Origin: Opitutales bacterium
GTDB lineage: Bacteria; Verrucomicrobiota; Verrucomicrobiia; Opitutales; PNEW01
Assembly (NCBI GenBank): GCA_965219535.1
Contig: CBDCNV010000002.1
Location: forward strand, 2,130,001-2,162,000
DNA length: 32,000 bases
Reading direction: 5' to 3'
A model generated the notes under the pieces. That model made no database searches, was not told where the DNA came from, and saw nothing but the letters and a program-made list of their open reading frames with translations. Below, piece by piece: positions 18,229-25,466 of the stretch. The stretch's first letter is position 1. The number at the start of each line of letters is the position of its first letter. The translations under genes were made by a program, and so were the position numbers.

Positions 18229-18282
18229 ACACCCTTTAACGTAACCGTAATCCTGTACGTTTTAGGTCATCAATAAAAGACG

Positions 18283-18463
18283 AACGCGGTAGGGACACCC
18301 CGTTCCACCAATATTGCATTATTCATTTTTCGTTATTATGTATTTCAGATTTAGAGGGTGGAACGGGCTGCCTGACCGCCATAGCCTTGGCGAAGGCTGG
18401 TTCCCAGCGCGCTTCTTTTTTTTAATACTAAAAATAAACGCGGTGAGACACTACGTTCCACCA
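18283..18463 (+). repeat. Two copies of the AACGCGGTAGGGACAC..CGTTCCACCA dispersed repeat plus an internal 11-bp inverted repeat and a T8 tract
   Basis: Copy 1 is at 18283-18310 and copy 2 (aacgcggtgagacactacgttccacca) at 18437-18463. cccgttccacc (18299-18309) pairs with ggtggaacggg (18357-18367). ggctggttcccagcgcgcttc + T8 (18395-18423) matches 3521-3547. Confidence 0.65.
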
Positions 18464-18516
18464 AAATAGCTTTAATTAATTATATTCTATTATATAGAAA
18501 TCTGATGTAGTGACGA

Positions 18517-18546
18517 TTGATAAAAGTAATTATAATTTGATATAAT
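18517..18546 (+). promoter_or_regulatory. Sigma-70-like promoter candidate (TTGATA - 18 nt - TATAAT) immediately upstream of the 13-gene operon
   Basis: ttgata at 18517-18522 and tataat at 18541-18546; the ATG of the first gene is at 18555. The region is very AT-rich, so chance matches are likely. Confidence 0.3.
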
Positions 18547-18554
18547 AACCAAAG

Positions 18555-19628
18555 ATGAAATTAGAATCAGAAATCGAGAAAGCATCCGCTCAACTTGATG
18601 CTCACGTGCGTGAAATCGTACAATGGCATTTTTCTCCTGAGTCGGGATCAGCCTTCTGGTTGGATTGGGCAGCCAATGCGGGGTGGGATCCCTGCCAGGA
18701 TATTGAATCTTTTGCCGACCTCATGCGATTTCCCCACTTCGATGATCTATGGTTGCGCAATGAGCCCAATGAGCGCTGGATACCCAAGGCCTACAAGGGA
18801 AGACCCTTTATGATTTTTGAAACGGGGGGCACGACCGGTCTACCGAAGCAACGCATTAGTTGGGAAGACCACTTGACCGATTATATTGAATTTTCAACGG
18901 GTCTCGATGATCAGGCTTTTCCTCTCGGTGGGAATTGGCTGATGCTGGGACCGACCGGACCTCGTCGGTTGCGTATCTCCATCGAGCATCTTGCGAATCT
19001 TAGAGGAGGTTCCTGTTATTTTGTCGATCTGGATGCGCGATGGGTCAAAAAACTTATCGCGGCAAAAGATTTCAAACAAGCTAACGCTTACAAAGACCAT
19101 GTCGTTCAACAGGGCGTGGAGCTACTTAAAAATCGAAAGATAACCTGTCTCTTTACTACACCTAAATTGCTCGAAGCTATCGGTGAGGAGATTTCTCTCG
19201 CTGATATTGGAGTTAAAGGTGTTTTTTGTGGTGGCACGACGATGACTCCACAATCGGTTCGATTCTTAGTGGAAGAAGTATTAGAAAATAGCGTCGCCTT
19301 CGCTCCTACATACGGTAACACACTTATGGGCTTAGCGCGGAGTCGACCGCTTCGCCCTGAAGATAATTTTAGTATTACATACTATGCACCTGAACCCCGC
19401 GCTGTCCTGCGAATTGTTCAAAATGACGACACAGAAAAACCGGTTGATTATGATAATTACGGTCGTGTGGAACTGACAACGCTGACACGTGAATTTTTTA
19501 TGCCTCGGTTCCTGGAGAGAGATGAGGCCATTCGCCGCCAACCCTGCGAAGAATTTCCCTGGGATGGAGTCGGTGATGTAAGGCCGTTTGGCGCATTGGA
19601 TGATAAAATCGTAGAGGGCGTTTATTAG
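18555..19628 (+). CDS. LuxE/PaaK-like adenylate-forming enzyme homolog lacking the usual C-terminal subdomain
   Basis: It has P-loop-like FETGGTTGLPKQR (compare (S/T)SG(S/T)TGxPK), YGNTLMGLA (compare YGxTE) and GRVELTTLTREFFMPRFLERDEA (compare PaaK GELV.T.L....PL.RYRTGD). The protein ends ~70-80 aa earlier than PaaK-type ligases. Confidence 0.55.
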   Translation: MKLESEIEKASAQLDAHVREIVQWHFSPESGSAFWLDWAANAGWDPCQDIESFADLMRFPHFDDLWLRNEPNERWIPKAYKGRPFMIFETGGTTGLPKQRISWEDHLTDYIEFSTGLDDQAFPLGGNWLMLGPTGPRRLRISIEHLANLRGGSCYFVDLDARWVKKLIAAKDFKQANAYKDHVVQQGVELLKNRKITCLFTTPKLLEAIGEEISLADIGVKGVFCGGTTMTPQSVRFLVEEVLENSVAFAPTYGNTLMGLARSRPLRPEDNFSITYYAPEPRAVLRIVQNDDTEKPVDYDNYGRVELTTLTREFFMPRFLERDEAIRRQPCEEFPWDGVGDVRPFGALDDKIVEGVY

Positions 19629-19650
19629 TTAAGACTGACATAAAAGAGGA

Positions 19651-21090
19651 ATGGAACAATTAACACATTTATCCGCTTTAAGGCATGGCACTCCCTATCA
19701 GAGTCTGGATACAGATGAGATAGTAGATATCCGCTATGGCAAACCCCTGGCAAACGTCAGCCAGGTGAACGCGGGATTGATCAAACGTGATTCTCGCAAT
19801 AATCGCTCGGCCAGAGAAGCGCTCTCATCGGTAAATTCGGAGCAATTACTACAGATTTGCAGGGAAGCGGGCGATTTGTTTTTAAAGTCTGAACTCCCGA
19901 TAGATTCTACTGAGACACGACAAAGCCCAGGGGCTTTCATTGAATCACTCTCAGCTACGACTGGTCTGCCTCACACGCTTTGCAAATTAAATATGGAAAA
20001 GATTCATTCTGTTCTTACGAATATGGAACAGATATTGAGCGGGTTAAGCCGGGGATTACCACCCGCTATATTTGATACTTTTTTAAGTGAACACGAGGGA
20101 ATGGAAGTTTGCTTTTATCCGGTTGCCGACAGTCTGAGTATTGTCCTGCCAAGTAATTCTCCCGGTGTTAATTCTCTTTGGCTTCCCGCTCTCGCAATGA
20201 AAATTCCCGTCATCATTAAACCGGGGCGAGAAGACCCCTGGACACCGACACGTATCATTCAAGCCTTATATGTGGCAGGTCTTCCAAGAGAAGCGATCAG
20301 TTTTTATCCGACCGACCACGAGGGGGCGAACGTTATACTTGAAAACTGCGACCTGGGTATGGTGTTTGGCGGTGAAAGTACGGTTAATCAATATGCGAAT
20401 GACTCTCGCATTCAAATCCATGGCGCTGGTCGAAGTAAAGTGCTTATCGGTAATGATTGTGTCGATCGCTGGCCGAGTTACATCGATGTTATCACCGATT
20501 CGATTGTCGCAAATGGAGGGCGTAGTTGTATTAACGCTTCAACGATTGTCACGCCGAAATTTGGAAAAGAAATTGCCGAGGAATTGGCGAAGCGTGTCAG
20601 TGGGATTCAAGCGCTTTCATTAGAGGACGATGGCGCGCAACTTGCCGGTTTTGCCAATCCCAAAATGGCCGAGGCCATAGACGCAATAATTGAAAATGGA
20701 TTGGAGTCTGAAGGCGCAGAAGATATCACCGGTCGCATGCGGGATGGCCCACGCAAAGTTCAAAACAATGGGCAGACCTATCTATTACCGACGATAGTGA
20801 ACTGTGAGAGTTTCGAACATCCACTGGCGAACTGTGAGTTGTTGTTTCCTTACGCCAGTGTCGTGGAGATACCGCAGGATGAAATGTTGGAGAGTATTGG
20901 TCCTTCATTGGTTGTCACGGCGATAACAAATAATGAGAGTTGGATAACGGAGCTTTTAAAATCTTCACAGATTGATCGGCTTAATATTGGTGCAACCCCA
21001 ACCAGTGTAGTTTACTGGGATCAACCGCATGAAGGTAATCTCTTCGAATTCCTATACCGACGAAGAGCCATTCATCAAGCGAAGGCATAA
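19651..21090 (+). CDS. Aldehyde-dehydrogenase-superfamily protein, LuxC-like acyl-(CoA/protein) reductase candidate
   Basis: The 479-aa size fits. It has a Cys-loop GGRSCINAS (Cys ~293) and a cofactor-binding region SIVLPSNSPGVNSLWLPALAMKIPVIIKPG. The segment aligned to ALDH ELGGKSP reads IHGAGRSK, so the hydrolytic Glu is absent. It sits directly after the LuxE-like gene. Confidence 0.6.
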   Translation: MEQLTHLSALRHGTPYQSLDTDEIVDIRYGKPLANVSQVNAGLIKRDSRNNRSAREALSSVNSEQLLQICREAGDLFLKSELPIDSTETRQSPGAFIESLSATTGLPHTLCKLNMEKIHSVLTNMEQILSGLSRGLPPAIFDTFLSEHEGMEVCFYPVADSLSIVLPSNSPGVNSLWLPALAMKIPVIIKPGREDPWTPTRIIQALYVAGLPREAISFYPTDHEGANVILENCDLGMVFGGESTVNQYANDSRIQIHGAGRSKVLIGNDCVDRWPSYIDVITDSIVANGGRSCINASTIVTPKFGKEIAEELAKRVSGIQALSLEDDGAQLAGFANPKMAEAIDAIIENGLESEGAEDITGRMRDGPRKVQNNGQTYLLPTIVNCESFEHPLANCELLFPYASVVEIPQDEMLESIGPSLVVTAITNNESWITELLKSSQIDRLNIGATPTSVVYWDQPHEGNLFEFLYRRRAIHQAKA

Positions 21091-21097
21091 CACAATT

Positions 21098-22252
21098 ATG
21101 ATTGGCTTTGAAGCAAAGGCAGCGCCTCGAATTATTTATGGGGTCGACGCCGTTGATGAGATCGGTTCACTGGTCAAGTCAATCGGCGCGAGCAGGGTAT
21201 TACTTGTAACTGATCCAGGCATTGTATCCGCCGGCCACATGGACCGCGTTGCAAAAAGACTGCGCCAATCAAGTATAGACTTTTGTGCGTTCACTGATGT
21301 TGAAGAAAATCCATCGACGAGAGAGGTAGAGCGTTGCGTAGAGACCGCGCGTGCGGCAGAAGTGGATTTGATAATCGGGTTGGGTGGAGGAAGCAGCCTC
21401 GATACCGCCAAGGGCTGTAATTTTATTTTATCTAACGGTGGCAAAATCGAGGATTACAAAGGATACGGCAAGGCTTCAAAGCCCCTGTTACCTTTCATCG
21501 CGATTCCCACAACGACAGGGACGGGAAGCGAATGTCAGTCTTACGCTTTGATTGCAGAAGAAGATTCGCATGAGAAAATGGCGTGCGGTGATCCCAAGGT
21601 GATGGCAAAAATTGCGATATTAGATCCCAGTCTGGCTAAATCCCAACCACGTTTTGTCATCGCATGCACCGGCTACGATGCAATGGCCCATGCAATTGAG
21701 TCAGCCGTATCGCTTAATCACAACGAGTTGTCTTTGCTTTACTCGCGAGAAGCGTTTCGCTTGGTTAATGCTAATCTGGATATCGTTTTGGCTTCTTCAG
21801 AGATAGAAGCTCTGGGTGCCATGCTTCTTGGTGCGGCATACGCGGGTCTCGCAATAGAGAACAGTATGCTCGGGAGCGCCCATTCAGCAGCAAATCCATT
21901 GACTGCAAAATTTAATGTTATCCATGGTAATGCGGTGGGGATGATGCTGCCGCATGTAATGCGCTACAATGCAGTTGAGGCAAGCGCCGCTAAAAATTAT
22001 GCTCTTTTGGCGACCACTGTCGGAATTGCGACAAACACAGACACCCAAGAGGAAGCATGTGAACGACTGATTTCGCGAGTAGAAGATCTACTCGAGCAGT
22101 CGGCGTTATCCACTGCCCTTTCAGATTTCAAAGTGTCTCGCAATGATATACCTGATCTAGCTGCAGATGCATCTAAACAATGGACCGCTCTTTTTAATCC
22201 ACGTCCCGTATCAGCTGAAGATTTCGTCACCCTTTACGAGACCGTGCTTTAA
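21098..22252 (+). CDS. Iron-containing (group III) alcohol dehydrogenase
   Basis: GLGGGSSLDTAKG, IPTTTGTGSE and metal-site His motifs (DAMAHAIES; GSAHSAANPL...HG). The start is set at the ATG at 21098, 7 nt after the preceding TAA. The listed ORF start at 21029 overlaps the upstream gene and adds a non-homologous extension. Confidence 0.85.
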   Translation: MIGFEAKAAPRIIYGVDAVDEIGSLVKSIGASRVLLVTDPGIVSAGHMDRVAKRLRQSSIDFCAFTDVEENPSTREVERCVETARAAEVDLIIGLGGGSSLDTAKGCNFILSNGGKIEDYKGYGKASKPLLPFIAIPTTTGTGSECQSYALIAEEDSHEKMACGDPKVMAKIAILDPSLAKSQPRFVIACTGYDAMAHAIESAVSLNHNELSLLYSREAFRLVNANLDIVLASSEIEALGAMLLGAAYAGLAIENSMLGSAHSAANPLTAKFNVIHGNAVGMMLPHVMRYNAVEASAAKNYALLATTVGIATNTDTQEEACERLISRVEDLLEQSALSTALSDFKVSRNDIPDLAADASKQWTALFNPRPVSAEDFVTLYETVL

Positions 22253-22309
22253 AAGATAAATAAATTTTATAGCAGAACTTTCTGCGATATTTCACGTCTC
22301 AGGTATAAG

Positions 22310-23515
22310 ATGGTACGAATTAAAAGATATGCGTTAGTTTTTATATTGAGCTCCATTATGGAAGTAGGTTCGGGGCCCACATTGAATGGCGATGTCGGAA
22401 TATCAGAACCTGCAATCGCGATTAAGAAAACCGAGATATTAACTAAATACAAAAATCATCCCAATAGTTGGCCTATGCACCGGGGTGGACCCCAATTAAA
22501 CGGGCAGGTAAATGAGTCGGTGGCGGAAAAGTTAAAACTCCACTGGGTATTTGATACCGGTGCTCCCATAAAATCATCTGCCGCGGTTGAAGATGATCTA
22601 ATCTTTATTGGGTCCGACACGGGTAAAGTGCACGCCTTGGAAATTAATTCCGGCCTTGAGATCTGGTCTTTCGAGACTGGTGGGCAGGTAGAAGCGACAC
22701 CTTGTGTAGTAAATGATACCGTATACATAGGATCGTCCGATAACTTTTTTTATGCGCTCGCCACAATGACCGGCGAATTAAAATGGAAATATCGGACTGA
22801 GGGCAGAATACTAGGAGCTGCCAATTGGGTATTAAATCCAGATGGAAACGGGTACTGGATACTTTTCGGCAGTTATGATGGAAGTTTGTACTGTGTGGAT
22901 GCGGAGACAGGTCAAACAGTCTGGAAGCATAAAACAGAATACTATGTCAACGGCACGCCGGCAATCACCCAGGGTGGGGAAGTGGTCTTTGGTGGATGCG
23001 ATTCCTATATTTATATCTTGCGTCTCAGTGATGGCGCCGAGCTGCGTAAGATAGATTCAGGAGCATACATTGCCTCTTCAATTGCTCTCGCTGATGGAAA
23101 TGGTTATGTCGGGCACTATAATAATGAAGTGCTCGCCTTTGATCTTAAGACGGTAGAAATTCTTTGGACTTACAGTACTAGTAGCTTCCCTTTTTTTTCA
23201 TCAGCAGCAATTACTTCGGACAGTGTTGTTATCGGAAGCCGGGATAAACAATTGCATTGTATTAACCGATTTACCGGTGAAGGGCTCTGGCGATTTCAAA
23301 CCCAGGGGACTATCGACAGTTCACCCATTGTATGTGGCAACTTTATAGTATTTGGATCAAGTGATGGCCGACTTTACTCAGTTAACCTTTCGAATGGGAA
23401 AATAGTGTGGTCTTACGACATTGGTGCCCCGGTAACCGCATCTCCGGCGTTCGCACACGGTAAAATCGTAATCGGTGCAGAAGATGGGTCTGTCTATGTG
23501 TTTGACGCTAGCTAG
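22310..23515 (+). CDS. Secreted PQQ-like beta-propeller repeat protein, paralog 4, embedded in the biosynthetic operon
   Basis: It has a signal-like N-terminus MVRIKRYALVFILSSIMEV, then SWPMHRGGPQLNG. Blades include ALEINSGLEIW, CVDAETGQTVW, CINRFTGEGLW and GSVYVFD. Confidence 0.7.
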   Translation: MVRIKRYALVFILSSIMEVGSGPTLNGDVGISEPAIAIKKTEILTKYKNHPNSWPMHRGGPQLNGQVNESVAEKLKLHWVFDTGAPIKSSAAVEDDLIFIGSDTGKVHALEINSGLEIWSFETGGQVEATPCVVNDTVYIGSSDNFFYALATMTGELKWKYRTEGRILGAANWVLNPDGNGYWILFGSYDGSLYCVDAETGQTVWKHKTEYYVNGTPAITQGGEVVFGGCDSYIYILRLSDGAELRKIDSGAYIASSIALADGNGYVGHYNNEVLAFDLKTVEILWTYSTSSFPFFSSAAITSDSVVIGSRDKQLHCINRFTGEGLWRFQTQGTIDSSPIVCGNFIVFGSSDGRLYSVNLSNGKIVWSYDIGAPVTASPAFAHGKIVIGAEDGSVYVFDAS

Positions 23516-23536
23516 CTAATCAAAGATATTTATATT

Positions 23537-24874
23537 ATGGACTTAGAAGCCATCGAAAAACTTCCAACGGCGGGAAAAGAAAAAACTGCCGCGGGGAATT
23601 ACTTTGTCGCTAACTATCCACCGTTTTCTTTTTGGAACACTGACGATATTATTCAAGTTGATCAGATCCTCAACTCAGAAGCAGGTGCAGACATCCCGCT
23701 GGGTATCTATTACCATATCCCTTTTTGTCGAAAGCGTTGTCACTTTTGCTACTTTCGCGTCTACACCGATAAGAACGCAGCTCAAATAGCGCGCTACCTG
23801 GATGCGACTTTAAAAGAGTTAAACGCTTATGCGCAAAAACCATACTTGCGTTCCCGAAAACCAAAATTCATTTACTTCGGGGGTGGAACACCCTCTTATC
23901 TTTCTGCAAAGCAACTCACCTCGTTAACCGATCGCATGAAAGCGATTACCCCGTGGGATGAAGTGGAAGAAGTCACTTTTGAGTGTGAGCCAGGGACCCT
24001 GAGCGAAAAGAAACTCGAGGTTATAAAGAAATTAGGGACAACGCGACTGAGCCTGGGAATCGAAAATTTCAGTGATCACATTCTTGAAATTAATGGTCGG
24101 GCGCATCACTCTAAAGAAGTATTCGAGGCGTATGCTTATGCGAAATCACTCAGTTATCCGCAAATAAATATCGATCTCATTGCCGGTATGGTTGGCGAGA
24201 CGGATGAAAATTGGAAGGAGTGTATTAGCAAGACCCTTGAGTTGCAGCCTGACAGTGTGACGATCTATCAAATGGAGATTCCGTTTAACACGACAATCTT
24301 TAAAGAGATGACGGCCGAAGGTCGAGAGGTGGCGCCAATTGCCGATTGGAAAACAAAACGTGAATGGTTAAACTACGGTTTCGAGCAGCTTGAAGCGGCA
24401 GGTTATAAAGTTACGAGTGGATACACTGCCGTGCGTGACCCAAAAAAAACTCGCTTTGTCTACCGTGATGAACTTTGGACGGGAGCTGATCTCCTTGCAC
24501 TGGGTGTAGCTTCCTTTGGACAAATCGGGGGTGTACATTATCAAAACCTTACCCAGTTCGATCAATACCTGTCGGAAATTGAAAGTGACAAATTACCGGT
24601 GACCCGCGCATTCGTCACTTCGCAAGAAGAAAAAATGATTCGCGAACTCATCCTTCAACTGAAACTGGGAAAAGTGAGTAATGCTTATTTTAAAAGTAAA
24701 TTCGATATTGATATCACGCAGCGATTTAAAGCGCAATTAGAGGCATTGAGCGATCACGGCTGGTTGGAAATAAAAAACGATTATCTATATCTCACGCGTG
24801 ACGCGTTGTTACGTGTCGATTCTCTTCTGCACAGTTTCTTTCTACCTAAACACCAAAACGCACGTTATACCTAA
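23537..24874 (+). CDS. HemN-like radical SAM enzyme (coproporphyrinogen-III-oxidase family; possibly a class C methyltransferase-type enzyme)
   Basis: It has the CX3CX2C cluster motif in YYHIPFCRKRCHFCYF and GGGTPS, and the 445-aa size with a HemN_C-like tail fits. No other heme biosynthesis genes are nearby. Confidence 0.75.
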   Translation: MDLEAIEKLPTAGKEKTAAGNYFVANYPPFSFWNTDDIIQVDQILNSEAGADIPLGIYYHIPFCRKRCHFCYFRVYTDKNAAQIARYLDATLKELNAYAQKPYLRSRKPKFIYFGGGTPSYLSAKQLTSLTDRMKAITPWDEVEEVTFECEPGTLSEKKLEVIKKLGTTRLSLGIENFSDHILEINGRAHHSKEVFEAYAYAKSLSYPQINIDLIAGMVGETDENWKECISKTLELQPDSVTIYQMEIPFNTTIFKEMTAEGREVAPIADWKTKREWLNYGFEQLEAAGYKVTSGYTAVRDPKKTRFVYRDELWTGADLLALGVASFGQIGGVHYQNLTQFDQYLSEIESDKLPVTRAFVTSQEEKMIRELILQLKLGKVSNAYFKSKFDIDITQRFKAQLEALSDHGWLEIKNDYLYLTRDALLRVDSLLHSFFLPKHQNARYT

Positions 24875-24889
24875 TTATTCATCTGTAAT

Positions 24890-25447
24890 ATGGATGGTCC
24901 AACAAAAGAAGTGACTTCTGAAATGCTTTACCCGCTGTCACTGTTTTGTGATAGCGTCAATCAGGAAGCTCTTGGAATTCAAGTTATCGAAGAATCAGAG
25001 CTCGGGGAACCCGATCGCAGTCTACTCGCACATTGCAGCGATATGACGACAAAACTCGAGACCTTTCACCACGGCACTATTGAACTCCTGGTGTTACAGT
25101 GCTCGATGGAAAGTGATTCGCACCGTCGCGAAGTTGTCCTACGAATTAAAGGAAGTGAAAAACCGGTAGAATATGGTGCAATCGATATAAATCTCGCAGC
25201 ATTTAATGAACAGGTTCGTGAGATAATTATTCGGGGTCAGCGCCCGTTGGGAGGAATCTTAACTGACTTTAATATAAATTACAAAAGCGAGCCGATGGCA
25301 TTCATCAAAGTTACCTCTAATGCCAACATTAATAAGGCACTTGGGCTCACTGAATCGCGGGTCCTTTATGGGAGGCGCAATGTGTTGAAAGGAGACTTGG
25401 GAATAGACATAGCGCATATTATTGAGATTTTACCTCCTTCTCAGTGA
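24890..25447 (+). CDS. Chorismate pyruvate-lyase (UbiC) family protein
   Basis: By-eye alignment to E. coli UbiC, recalled from memory: LLAHCSDMTTKLE vs LLLEDSMTKRFE; RREVVLRIKGSEKPVEYG vs LREILLCADGEPWLAG; QRPLGGIL vs KTPLGRYL; LYGRRNVL...IIEILPP vs LWGRRSRL...LTELFLP. Confidence 0.6.
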   Translation: MDGPTKEVTSEMLYPLSLFCDSVNQEALGIQVIEESELGEPDRSLLAHCSDMTTKLETFHHGTIELLVLQCSMESDSHRREVVLRIKGSEKPVEYGAIDINLAAFNEQVREIIIRGQRPLGGILTDFNINYKSEPMAFIKVTSNANINKALGLTESRVLYGRRNVLKGDLGIDIAHIIEILPPSQ

Positions 25448-25466
25448 GGAGTATAAACTAGAGCTG

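Noticed and set aside
18283-18463. CRISPR array
   Set aside because: There are only two or three imperfect copies with irregular spacing, the copies are scattered at 3.5, 10.6 and 18.3 kb, and no cas genes are present.
21029-21097. N-terminal extension of the Fe-ADH ORF overlapping the ALDH-like gene by 62 nt
   Set aside because: The extension (MKVISSNSYTDEEPFIKRRHNTI) has no counterpart in Fe-ADHs. The ATG at 21098 gives the canonical N-terminus 7 nt after the upstream stop.
25422-25466. Longer start for the halogenase-like gene
   Set aside because: It would overlap the chorismate-lyase-like gene by 26 nt and place 15 extra residues before the Rossmann beta1 (YDVLIIGGGPAG). The ATG at 25467 has a GAGGAG upstream.
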